Shown in pieces: positions 54,501 through 62,377 of a DNA stretch of 64,000 nt. The position numbers were made by a program, and so were the translations under genes. Below the pieces are notes generated by a model that made no database searches, had not been told where the DNA came from, and saw nothing but the letters and a program-made list of their open reading frames with translations. Source of the stretch: Prevotellaceae bacterium UBA4301 (lineage in GTDB: Bacteria > Bacteroidota > Bacteroidia > Bacteroidales > Bacteroidaceae); NCBI GenBank assembly GCA_002395775.1, contig DGUV01000075.1:30677-94676 (forward strand). The letters run 5' to 3'. Numbering within the stretch: the first letter of the stretch is position 1; each line of letters opens with the position of its first letter.

Positions 54501-54866
54501 GACGACTATTTCCAGTATGTCGAACCCTCGTTCCAACACAACAGCACGGGCGACGACTACTACCTCTGGGGCGACGGCACGCAATATGCCACCATCACAG
54601 CCAATGCCAAGAACTGGCTCACCAAACGTGCCAATTACATCTACAACAACCTCGACAAGTACGACCTGCCTGGCGAGGACATCGACCCCGCCGACGACTA
54701 TGGCCAGCCCGACCGCGTCAGCCTGTCCGAAGTTGCCAACAAGCCTGTCGATGTCTATACGATTCACGGCATTCTCATCCGCAGCCAGGTTCCCTATGGC
54801 GACTTCCACAAGGGTCTCATGCCAGGCATCTACATTGTTAACGGCAAGAAGATTGCCATCCGATGA
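51594..54866 (+). CDS. Secreted CotH-family protein with an F5/8 type C (discoidin) domain and a T9SS C-terminal sorting domain
   Basis: 1090 aa. The discoidin-like segment contains NILDGDHNTIFHSTW. The CotH core is IKGRGNSSW...NPYRLKF...KSWVLLAN...ELYINGHYRGSYNFTE. The C-terminal beta-sandwich tail is VDVYTIHGILIR...GIYIVNGKKIAIR. Confidence 0.7.
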   Translation: MKKTFIFFMLLSAATTALNAISWKAPVLKTTTDIDESKSFYLYHVGQKQMLTYGGTWGTHAVLDSTGVNALPYTFTMTFNGYTLYSPQAGSMGYLFREHTGTGVYTDFNNNGNSSRYWDFALNNNGTFTITTSASDYIWGQSGTMVTNDEYAYQLGWDPDAQDLDNNGNAMGSNQAVYMLKPNVAGYETQWALIETTEYDLYQARLRLYNTALIAETIGIDYSPYTTAYNGTDISAINAAIDKLKAQIDGTPGEEEDTEMGEAIFVTLTDSSSMIFPKKYIEKQEEDKDALFFTLVGDTIVGIAKSHIVSIDEQFQGELPRFLSYKFNNKFNDQLFTDAIGEIDSINNHITVQVGCIGKRLTPSFQLPEGASAYVNGVRQHSKETRLRFDAPVRYTVAYPRQYVYKVIKTKEAIWSNPETSDEQWLSSKVELTESMLSTNAPTNHGDHLANILDGDHNTIFHSTWGSGAYTPLTWYDGATYGDGTSEWPYVQISLPEPLYRLKFEYTTRNSGTYAPLGLILQGSNDGQTWDDIQSFTVSKDNLPTNNDETYVSPVINLGGSYSQLRLQLTESQRKNYLVFSELAIYKVEENPDYQQQEPTLISPAEYQKGFVPFGCDYTVDVDFLTDHPTSQYNVPRIDITFGDGVSWDNSTWISTKDTYFDATIKIDGAGVFPDMVETPVQIKGRGNSSWSGSPNSKNPYRLKFAEKQKPFGMTKGKSWVLLANKIGNSMTTNAIAMKVADMVQSDGCNHIVPCELYINGHYRGSYNFTEKTGFSNNSIDLVDESYATMLELDSYYDETYKFHDSFYNLPVNVKEPDFSDPENTSLITFADVKQAFNNFTNDVKNSTEYALFDVQSFARALFVNDFVRNEECKHPKSWFIYNADILADSLWHLGPVWDFDWSFGYEGTSTYFVRNAEVDLFSNMGSGNTGYPFFRQLLRGSEKVKKAYFLLWHDFITSGKLDELIEYCDDYFQYVEPSFQHNSTGDDYYLWGDGTQYATITANAKNWLTKRANYIYNNLDKYDLPGEDIDPADDYGQPDRVSLSEVANKPVDVYTIHGILIRSQVPYGDFHKGLMPGIYIVNGKKIAIR

Positions 54867-54905
54867 GGTCGCAATTAGTCACATCATGAATCATGGATTG
54901 ATATT

Positions 54906-55694
54906 ATGAAGTTCATAAGTTGGAACGTCAACGGCCTTCGCGCCGTCATGGGCAAGGGCTTCAGTGAAAGTCTGGAAGCCTTGGATGCCGACTTCGTCTG
55001 TCTGCAGGAAACCAAACTTCAGGAAGCCAACCTCAAGGAGTTGGGACTTGCGGCCACGTCCGACGAAGCCCTAATCCCTAATCTCAAATACGCATACTGG
55101 AACTATGCTGAGAAGAAGGGTTACTCGGGCACAGCCATCTTCACCAAGCACCAGCCACTCTCGGTAAGATATGGCATGGGCATAGAGGAGCACGACCACG
55201 AAGGCCGACTCATCACTCTCGAGTATCCTCAGTTCTTCCTTGTATGTTGCTACACGCCCAATAGCCAGGACGGACTGCGCCGTCTCGACTACCGCATGCA
55301 GTGGGAAGAGGATTTCCGCCAGTATATGCACTCTCTGGATGCCCAGAAGCCCGTCATTCTCTGCGGAGACCTCAATGTGGCCCATGAGGAGATTGACCTG
55401 AAGAATCCCAAGACCAACCGCATGAACGCAGGTTTCACCGACCAAGAACGAGAGAAAATGACCACGCTTCTTGGCAGTGGGTTTACCGACACCTTCCGCC
55501 ACTTCTACCCTACCCTGACCGATGCCTATTCGTGGTGGAGCTATCGTTTCCGTGCCCGTGAGAAGAATGCAGGGTGGCGCATCGACTACTTCATCGTCTC
55601 CAGCCGACTGGTGCCTAACCTGCAGTCAGCCAGCATCCACAACGAAATCTTTGGCAGCGACCACTGTCCCGTGGAGGTGGTCATCGACCTTTAG
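54906..55694 (+). CDS. xth: Exodeoxyribonuclease III
   Basis: MKFISWNVNGLRA...CLQETK...GDLNVAH...WWSYR...GSDHCPV. Confidence 0.9.
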   Translation: MKFISWNVNGLRAVMGKGFSESLEALDADFVCLQETKLQEANLKELGLAATSDEALIPNLKYAYWNYAEKKGYSGTAIFTKHQPLSVRYGMGIEEHDHEGRLITLEYPQFFLVCCYTPNSQDGLRRLDYRMQWEEDFRQYMHSLDAQKPVILCGDLNVAHEEIDLKNPKTNRMNAGFTDQEREKMTTLLGSGFTDTFRHFYPTLTDAYSWWSYRFRAREKNAGWRIDYFIVSSRLVPNLQSASIHNEIFGSDHCPVEVVIDL

Positions 55695-55722
55695 CCGATT
55701 GCCAATAAACCAGAGAAAACAT

Positions 55723-55762
55723 AATCCCTCGCCTCCCAGCCTCGGGAAGCGAGGGATTTGTT
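55723..55762 (+). terminator. Hairpin terminator after xth, at the left edge of the AT-rich island
   Basis: aatccctcgc ... gcgagggatt forms a 10-bp stem followed by tgtt. Confidence 0.6.
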
Positions 55763-55764
55763 AT

Positions 55765-55937
55765 AAGGAACTTGTACGGCTAAAGTTCAGGCTCGGTGTT
55801 CACGTCACCAAAGAGACCACCATATGGATAGTAATGCGTCACCTGCTCTATCTCTCCGTCCTCGCTGACCACGACGCGATTATCGCCGAGATGGTCACGA
55901 CAATAGTAGTGGAAGTGGGATGTGTATGGGATATATG
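55765..55937 (-). repeat. Rhs/YD-repeat fragment, copy 1 (truncated by TAG)
   Basis: Encodes YIPYTSHFHYYCRDHLGDNRVVVSEDGEIEQVTHYYPYGGLFGDVNTEPEL then a stop. Copy 3 has CAG where this copy has TAG. Confidence 0.85.
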
Positions 55938-56427
55938 CATTATTGTTCACATGGTTAATTGTGAAAGTAACATATCCTACATCAAGATTGCTAGATGCCG
56001 CATACGAAAGTGGTATACATAATAAAAGTTGTATAAGAAATAGGAATTTTTTATCCTTTCGGAGACATTTATTTAAAAAAGTATATAGAAGAAATAAAAG
56101 GTTGGGGATAACAACCGGTAAGCAGCAAGCAAAACCGAATATTGTCACAAATAATATTAGTATCACAATTGCGAACAACACCCACGAAAATTGCAGTACA
56201 ACAAACGCTCTTCCACGAATCTCAAAGCGTTCTTTCAAGCCTGATGCCGTCCACATGAGTGGGACAAATATTTTTGCAAAACAATATATTAGATGAAGCG
56301 TTATATAAAAATAACATATTATTCCGTCTATAAGAAAATCACTATCATATGCTACATGCCAGTTTAAAGCAATGTATACTAAAGATAGGAGTAATTCAAG
56401 AATGGCTATAAGGATAAATAAAATCAT
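55780..56427 (-). pseudogene. Multi-pass membrane ORF fused in-frame to the Rhs fragment (probable chimeric remnant)
   Basis: About 160 hydrophobic AT-rich codons (MILFILIAILELLL...) run directly into GC-rich Rhs fragment copy 1. The longer ORF, which starts at 56583, overlaps the upstream gene. Confidence 0.5.
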
Positions 56428-56440
56428 TTCGGTAAAAGAT

Positions 56441-56833
56441 TTATAATGAAGGGATATTCTTATTCTTTGAGCAAAACAATACAAATTGTATGGAGTCCAT
56501 TGGGCCATATACTGTATCACATTTCTTATCAACAACCCAATAATAGTATTTGTCATCGCCGTCAAAGCTCCGTCCTGCGACATTGAACCACGTGGTATCT
56601 AACATTCCCAAATGCAGATATTGCTTAGCTACTATATATCTTCTATTATGAGCGTGAGCCACTACTTCATGCGGAATATCAATTTGCTGCAACTTATTTC
56701 CATATATTGCACGTGTATTATCATCATATGTATACCCTCCCCCCAGTCTTTCTCCTGGAAAGAAATAATTTACAATAAAGGTTATCAGCACTAAAGATAC
56801 TATTACAATAAAGGTTGTCCTTATTTTTGCCAT
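56441..56833 (-). CDS. Hypothetical membrane-anchored protein (candidate immunity-type ORF)
   Basis: 130 aa with an N-terminal transmembrane helix, in the AT-rich island. Confidence 0.5.
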   Translation of the reverse strand: MAKIRTTFIVIVSLVLITFIVNYFFPGERLGGGYTYDDNTRAIYGNKLQQIDIPHEVVAHAHNRRYIVAKQYLHLGMLDTTWFNVAGRSFDGDDKYYYWVVDKKCDTVYGPMDSIQFVLFCSKNKNIPSL

Positions 56834-56874
56834 GGGAAGAGTGTTTTAAGTTTTTATTTTCATAGAGTATTATT

Positions 56875-57573
56875 TCATATGGAGTACCTTTTCCCGCATA
56901 TGCTATTCTTTTTATATTTTCGTTTTGACACATCCGCCTTATAGTAACGCAAAGATTCTTCTCCTTTTTTCATAACCATAAAATAGAAAAAATGGTCTTC
57001 CCCAAAGAAATAACTATTATCCATAATAGGTGTATAATAGTCATATGAAGATTTAATCTCGGCACATTGTTTTACAGTATCTTTATTTAGTTGATAGAAA
57101 CGATACCAAACGTATTCGTCACAGTCAAAACCTTCATGGGACACATATAGATTCTCATCCACAAGACCATAGCCAAAAATCCCTTCGCTAATGCGTTTCC
57201 CATCCGTCCTATAAACGTATGCGCGGTCCTTTATTGGGTAATATACATTTACAATATATAGGCTATCGTCATCTATCATAACTTTTTCAACATTCACCAA
57301 TTTATTTCCAAACATATCTGTACTTTCCCAATGAAAAGGTTCGCCAAAGACTTCTTTTATTGAATCTGCAAATTCATTCATAAATGATTGCATTATTAAG
57401 ACTTTTTCATCGCATCTATTAAGTTGATTGACTTTATTCTTGCTCGCCTGATTATATTCTTCAATCCCAATCTCCACAAAGTCTATACCTCTTGTATGTA
57501 TTGGCTGGCAAGATGAAAAGAAGAGCAAACTGCTGACAAAAAAGCTTACAAGTACTTTTATTTTTGTTTTCAT
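56875..57573 (-). CDS. Hypothetical lipoprotein (candidate immunity-type ORF)
   Basis: 232 aa with the lipobox LLFFSSCQ. AT-rich. Confidence 0.55.
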   Translation of the reverse strand: MKTKIKVLVSFFVSSLLFFSSCQPIHTRGIDFVEIGIEEYNQASKNKVNQLNRCDEKVLIMQSFMNEFADSIKEVFGEPFHWESTDMFGNKLVNVEKVMIDDDSLYIVNVYYPIKDRAYVYRTDGKRISEGIFGYGLVDENLYVSHEGFDCDEYVWYRFYQLNKDTVKQCAEIKSSYDYYTPIMDNSYFFGEDHFFYFMVMKKGEESLRYYKADVSKRKYKKNSICGKRYSI

Positions 57574-57644
57574 TATACTTATGTTACTATTTTAGTATTA
57601 GTGAGAACCTCCTCCCATTAACTCATCAAAATGCCGTGAAGCCT

Positions 57645-57938
57645 TTATTGATTCTGATGGAATGTATTTGCAACAGCACCTCCTACTCCAGGTTTCCGCC
57701 ATTCTGCTCCATCATTAGGGGAGATGATGGGATATGTCCCTTCGGGGAGACCACCATAGGGATAGTAATGCGTCACCTGCTCTATCTCACCATCCTCGCT
57801 GACCACGACGCGATTATCGCCGAAATGGTCACGGCAGTAGTAGTGGAAATGGGATGTGTAGGGGATATATGTAAGCACCTTTACAAATCCACCACTGGCA
57901 GAAAGAATTAATGATATTACAAATAAAGCACGAATCAT
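57645..57938 (-). pseudogene. Rhs/YD-repeat fragment, copy 2, with a short divergent tail
   Basis: MIRALFVISLILSASGGFVKVLT + YIPYTSHFHYYCRDHFGDNRVVVSEDGEIEQVTHYYPYGGL + a 33-aa unique tail. The conserved DNA spans 57746..57871. Confidence 0.7.
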
Positions 57939-57949
57939 ACTATGTAATA

Positions 57950-58411
57950 TTACTCATCTTCATAGATAGAGTTAATCTGTCCTCCATTTGTTATTGGTTC
58001 TGGAGTTGTTACAACCCTAAAACTATCACATTTGATGCGAATAAAACCTTTGGGCTCATGGCAGAAGTTTAATTGAACGATGTATTCATCATCTATCTTT
58101 TTGTATATAAAGCCATGGATTTCAAGGTTGAAACACTTTTTTATTTTACATGTATCCTTCAACACTGAATTCTCTCTTAGTTCAATTTTAATATCCTTAC
58201 AATTTTGAAATTCCATGACAATAGGGTCTCCTTCCGACCAATCTATTGTAAGAGATAAAATGATGGGATACTGGGAAAAATTTACTTCCATAATTGAACT
58301 TTCATAGAAGTTTACCTTTTCAACATCTTCATTAATAAAGTATTTTCTCTGCGATTCCATATTTGTAACGATTGGCGATGCAAAGTTCCACGTTTCTAAT
58401 ATATCTTGCAA
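57950..58411 (-). CDS. Hypothetical cytoplasmic protein (candidate immunity-type ORF)
   Basis: 153 aa ORF. Its first codon is TTG and the first ATG is at 58360. AT-rich and acidic. Confidence 0.5.
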   Translation of the reverse strand: MQDILETWNFASPIVTNMESQRKYFINEDVEKVNFYESSIMEVNFSQYPIILSLTIDWSEGDPIVMEFQNCKDIKIELRENSVLKDTCKIKKCFNLEIHGFIYKKIDDEYIVQLNFCHEPKGFIRIKCDSFRVVTTPEPITNGGQINSIYEDE

Positions 58412-58560
58412 ATATTTCGTGTTTCAATGTGTTTCACAAGGGCAAATTGCCCTAGCATAAAAGTAAACTAAATATATATTTAACCTCATGATTTCATAAT
58501 GTCTTGCATCATTCCAGCAAAATTACTCATTTCTCCTAATCCAACAAATACTATTTGCTG

Positions 58561-59166
58561 CTATGCTTCATCATGTGGGATTTTTCGTACAAAGGTAAAG
58601 GATTCTGTAATTCCCATATCTATCTTTTCAAAATCTATGCCCATCCGCTTCAAATATTCAATAAGAATCTTACTGTTCAATCTGTCACGGACAAGACGAC
58701 TTTTATACAAGTTCAAATCTTCAAAATCCAAGGGATCTCCCTCTTCATAAAAAACCCAACGTGGGTCTTTATACGCAAGCACATCCCTTTCTCTACCATC
58801 AGCGCCTCCATAATGAAAACTATAGCCTTGGCTATCCCTCTCATTAGAGAATAGACATTGTACAAAACCACAATGCAATCGTCGATGCAATACATTGCAT
58901 AAAGTATACCACCCGTCTATTATAGAGGCTGTAAAGAAAATCTTATTAGGGTATGATTCGGTTTTCCAAAAACATGCTACTTCTTCAATATGATAATCAT
59001 ATGTCGGGGCGTAAAATTTACTAATATCAAAATCATTCTCTGTCAGGGAAGCACTTCCTGACAAAAAATCCGTCTCGAATAAATCTTTTATTACCTCCTT
59101 TACGTTTAGGATTTCACTATAGTCAAATACTGTAAGAGAAAACCTAAGGATATCACTCTCTTTCAT
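58561..59166 (-). CDS. Hypothetical protein (candidate immunity-type ORF)
   Basis: 201 aa, AT-rich, with no signal peptide. It lies directly downstream of Rhs fragment copy 3. Confidence 0.55.
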   Translation of the reverse strand: MKESDILRFSLTVFDYSEILNVKEVIKDLFETDFLSGSASLTENDFDISKFYAPTYDYHIEEVACFWKTESYPNKIFFTASIIDGWYTLCNVLHRRLHCGFVQCLFSNERDSQGYSFHYGGADGRERDVLAYKDPRWVFYEEGDPLDFEDLNLYKSRLVRDRLNSKILIEYLKRMGIDFEKIDMGITESFTFVRKIPHDEA

Positions 59167-59261
59167 AGATTAATTTATTAAATTTAACAAGGTCCTTTTC
59201 ATGGTAAGTCCCTATTATATTGCTTTATCACATCATCTGCCACAAAATTAAGGATAATCCC

Positions 59262-59717
59262 TCATCGGGGCAAAGGATTAACAATATTTAAATGACCATC
59301 TGGCCTACTTTGCGTCTGTTCTGTCTTTAGGTACTCCTTCATCTGTGCCTTTTCGCTGTTGCCATCCTTATCCAGGAAGTCATCGACGAAACATCCGTCC
59401 CGTTCCTTCACGAGCACCAACGCCACAGGCTGCGTTGCTGTGCAATTAGACTCCTTTCCACCATATTTATATGGCTGAAGTCCCGGTTCTGTGTTCACGT
59501 CACCAAAGAGACCACCATAGGGATAGTAATGTGTAACCTGCTCTATCTCACCATCCTCGCTGACCACGACGCGGTTGTTGCCGAGATGGTCACGGCAGTA
59601 GTCGTGGAAATGGGATGTGTAGGGGATATATGTATGTGCCCCTATAGGCAAAATCAGAGCACAGGTACATATTGCCACCCATATACTCTTCAGTTTATCT
59701 ATATTTGAGCTTTTCAT
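59262..59717 (-). pseudogene. Rhs/YD-repeat fragment, copy 3, with an 80-aa divergent tail
   Basis: ...HTYIPYTSHFHDYCRDHLGNNRVVVSEDGEIEQVTHYYPYGGLFGDVNTEPGLQPYKYGGKE... followed by unique sequence. The conserved DNA spans 59452..59632. The start overlaps the upstream ORF stop. Confidence 0.7.
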
Positions 59718-60295
59718 TGGTACTCCTCTACACTTATTCCATTGCCCTTAACATCCCATAAATAGAAACCTCCCGAAGTATCATTTACATCAAACCTGTA
59801 ACTTGGTTGCTTTATAAAGGTGGAGTCTGTGTAATAAAAGAAACACGGGAATTCATAAGGTCTTTCATCATTAGTATATTCAATGACGAAAGAATCCTTT
59901 CTAACATATTTCACTTCTTTTATGTCAAAATAATCTTCTTCAATCTTAAGAAAATCTTTAGTGATATCCGCCGTATCATATACGTTCACTACAGCATACA
60001 GATTTGTAGGAGGAATATAATATACGGTAAGGTCGCACCAATCAGCATGATTGGCAAATTCAATAAAGTCACCCTTACACTGCCTGTCTTTACTAAAACT
60101 AATTCTTTCATTTCTTTCTCCATGAAAGGGTCTATGCTCCATTTTGACATATAAATTCAAATCTGGTATGTAAAACTTTCTATGTCTTGGCCATGCCATT
60201 AGAAGTACAAAAGCCAGGAATAGCAGCACTAACAATATTACGATGGGCAGTAAGCACCCATTTATGCAAGCTTTTCTATTCTGTTCTATTCCCAT
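59714..60295 (-). CDS. Hypothetical membrane-anchored protein
   Basis: 193 aa with an N-terminal transmembrane helix (LLPIVILLVLLFLAFVLLMAW). AT-rich. Confidence 0.55.
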   Translation of the reverse strand: MGIEQNRKACINGCLLPIVILLVLLFLAFVLLMAWPRHRKFYIPDLNLYVKMEHRPFHGERNERISFSKDRQCKGDFIEFANHADWCDLTVYYIPPTNLYAVVNVYDTADITKDFLKIEEDYFDIKEVKYVRKDSFVIEYTNDERPYEFPCFFYYTDSTFIKQPSYRFDVNDTSGGFYLWDVKGNGISVEEYQ

Positions 60296-60310
60296 ATCGT
60301 TACATATTTA

Positions 60311-60565
60311 TTATTTAAATAGGGTATTCCACAAAGACTTAAATAAGCTGCGGAATGAAGATGATATATTGTTGACATTTTGTATTGTGTCAGTATTTCG
60401 ATATCCCATTTTCCAACCATAATACTCTGCATTTCCTGTGGATTTATCTTCTATGGTAAATTCTTCATTTATCTTAGACTCGTAAGCATCAAATGCCATT
60501 CTTGAAGACATCCAACTCATCCCATTAATAGCAGCAACAAAGCACAAGTACATATTGCCACCCAT
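60311..60565 (-). CDS. Hypothetical small protein
   Basis: The first ATG is at 60565 and the ORF list entry starts with TTG at 60586. Its 5' end contains the 28-nt motif shared with 59657..59684. Confidence 0.4.
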   Translation of the reverse strand: MGGNMYLCFVAAINGMSWMSSRMAFDAYESKINEEFTIEDKSTGNAEYYGWKMGYRNTDTIQNVNNISSSFRSLFKSLWNTLFK

Positions 60566-60601
60566 ATGAAATTGAGCGTTTTCCAATTCATCTTTTCTAT
60601 T

Positions 60602-61390
60602 TCATTTCCTTTTTACCCTACGGACTTTACCATTTAAGAATTCTTTTCGATTGGGAAATGCGGCATCAAAAGAGTCCATATTTGCTTTTATATACTCCTC
60701 TATTGTAAGTTCTTCTGCATCAACGGACATCCCAGAGCTGTCATCGCCACACAGATAATAGACAACTTTATAATATAGATTCTTGTTGTCATTATAGTCG
60801 AAGTGTGGATAGGGTGCGTCCATAGCAGCATGATTATAATTAAACCAAAAGACATTAATGAGTCCCAATAGAAACCTCGCTCTTTTTGCCTTGAATTTTA
60901 CAACATACATGGTGTCATTTCCCAATGCTCTTTTATCTACCAACTCGTCGAGGAAATCCTCATTCCATTCAAAATATGCATAATCATCATCTGGTTTATC
61001 TCTAAAACGGTCTCTACCATCCATATCATCAAAATAGTCTTTAGAAAATAGGTAGATGTCAGTTCGTTTAAAGAAATTATTGAAATCATATGAGACCGAA
61101 TTTACATACTTCCACACATACTGAGGTACGACGTATTCAAATCCATTATAATAGACATATAATGGCGAATTTATTGTGAGCGTGTCCACTACATACATGA
61201 GTTTATAGTAAGGATTGAGAACTCTTTCCGTACCGACATACCCAATGAGTTGGGCTTCAGCCTCCTCTTCAGGAGTCAACTTCTTCATATATGTCTTATA
61301 CTTAGAAATTCTTTTGTATCTTAATGAACCACATGAACCTAAAGTCATGAGCAATAGCCCACAAATGAGGGGGAATAAAATCTTTTTCAT
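60602..61390 (-). CDS. Hypothetical lipoprotein
   Basis: 262 aa with the lipobox LMTLGSC. AT-rich. Confidence 0.55.
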   Translation of the reverse strand: MKKILFPLICGLLLMTLGSCGSLRYKRISKYKTYMKKLTPEEEAEAQLIGYVGTERVLNPYYKLMYVVDTLTINSPLYVYYNGFEYVVPQYVWKYVNSVSYDFNNFFKRTDIYLFSKDYFDDMDGRDRFRDKPDDDYAYFEWNEDFLDELVDKRALGNDTMYVVKFKAKRARFLLGLINVFWFNYNHAAMDAPYPHFDYNDNKNLYYKVVYYLCGDDSSGMSVDAEELTIEEYIKANMDSFDAAFPNRKEFLNGKVRRVKRK

Positions 61391-61522
61391 TTTTGATGTA
61401 CTTGTCCGTTTAGAAATAATTTTTGTTTATATCTTCAAGGATGTTCCACATAATCGTCAATCCAAATCTGGATTCTCTTAATCAATTTTCCAGCCATTTT
61501 CTTGTAAATACTCTTTTGGTTT

Positions 61523-62017
61523 TTAAGGATTCCTCATCCTGACCAGTTCAATGGCCTCCTTGCCAGTCATGTGCTCAATATCCATACGGATTATCACCAT
61601 ATGGTTGAAACCTTTGGCAAGTTCCTTCTGAAGCGCATCATCATGGTTTGGGTTGTAGTGGTTGCCCAGACAAAGGGCGGCCTCTCTCTTTTCCCCTTCG
61701 TCCTCTATGAGACGTATGTGTCCAAAGGCTATCACGCTACGGAAATATGTGGTGTACTCCTCGCCATGCACGTCGTCCTTATCGATGATGCAGAAGGATG
61801 CCTTGTCGTAGTTTCTGATGGCATCTATCTTATGGCCTGACAAGGCACTGTGGAAGTACAACTTTCCGTCCCTATAGACATAACTGATGGGCACGGCGTA
61901 TGGATAGCCCCCGTCGCCAAGAAGGGCGAGGGTGCCGGCCGTGGACGTTTCCAAGATTCTTATACACTCCTCGTCTGTAAGTTGCTGACGCTTGCGTCGC
62001 ATTTCCCTAAACTCCAT
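61523..62017 (-). CDS. Pyridoxamine 5'-phosphate oxidase-family protein, Nim (5-nitroimidazole reductase)-like
   Basis: 164 aa with MEFREMRRKRQQL...GYPYAVP.SYVY..GK.YFHSA..GHKIDAI...YTTYFRSVI.FG...HMTGKEAIELV. This is the N-terminal and C-terminal signature I associate with Nim proteins. Confidence 0.7.
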   Translation of the reverse strand: MEFREMRRKRQQLTDEECIRILETSTAGTLALLGDGGYPYAVPISYVYRDGKLYFHSALSGHKIDAIRNYDKASFCIIDKDDVHGEEYTTYFRSVIAFGHIRLIEDEGEKREAALCLGNHYNPNHDDALQKELAKGFNHMVIIRMDIEHMTGKEAIELVRMRNP

Positions 62018-62018
62018 C

Positions 62019-62342
62019 TTAGCCTACAAGTTTTAGTCCGACAATAGACACTATGAGTGTTGTGATGAAGAACAGCCGCCAGAATGTGGCCGGCTCATGA
62101 AAGACGAAGATGCCCATCAGCACTGTGCCGACAGCCCCGATGCCTGTCCACACCGGATAGGCAATGCTCAGTGGCAACGTCTGTATGGCTTTTGCCAGAA
62201 GCACCATGCTGAGAATGTAGATGAGCACAAATCCGCCCATCCACATCCACCATTCCATACCCGCGAGTCCCTTGGCACGGCCAAGGCAATAAGTGAAACC
62301 GACCTCGCAACACCCTGCGAGAATCAAGACAATCCAATTCAT
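62019..62342 (-). CDS. sugE: SMR-family small multidrug/guanidinium exporter (SugE/Gdx-like)
   Basis: 107 aa with four transmembrane helices, the conserved CEV (Glu in TM1) and AYPVWTGIGAVGT. Confidence 0.8.
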   Translation of the reverse strand: MNWIVLILAGCCEVGFTYCLGRAKGLAGMEWWMWMGGFVLIYILSMVLLAKAIQTLPLSIAYPVWTGIGAVGTVLMGIFVFHEPATFWRLFFITTLIVSIVGLKLVG

Positions 62343-62377
62343 GTGAATCTTACATGTTACCTGTCTGGGTAGTTCTT

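Noticed and set aside
55780-56583. Full 267-aa ORF as a single gene.
   Set aside because: Its first 52 codons overlap the 3' end of the upstream ORF (56441..56833). The AT-rich membrane part and the GC-rich Rhs fragment have different origins. It is reported from the ATG at 56427 as a probable chimeric remnant.
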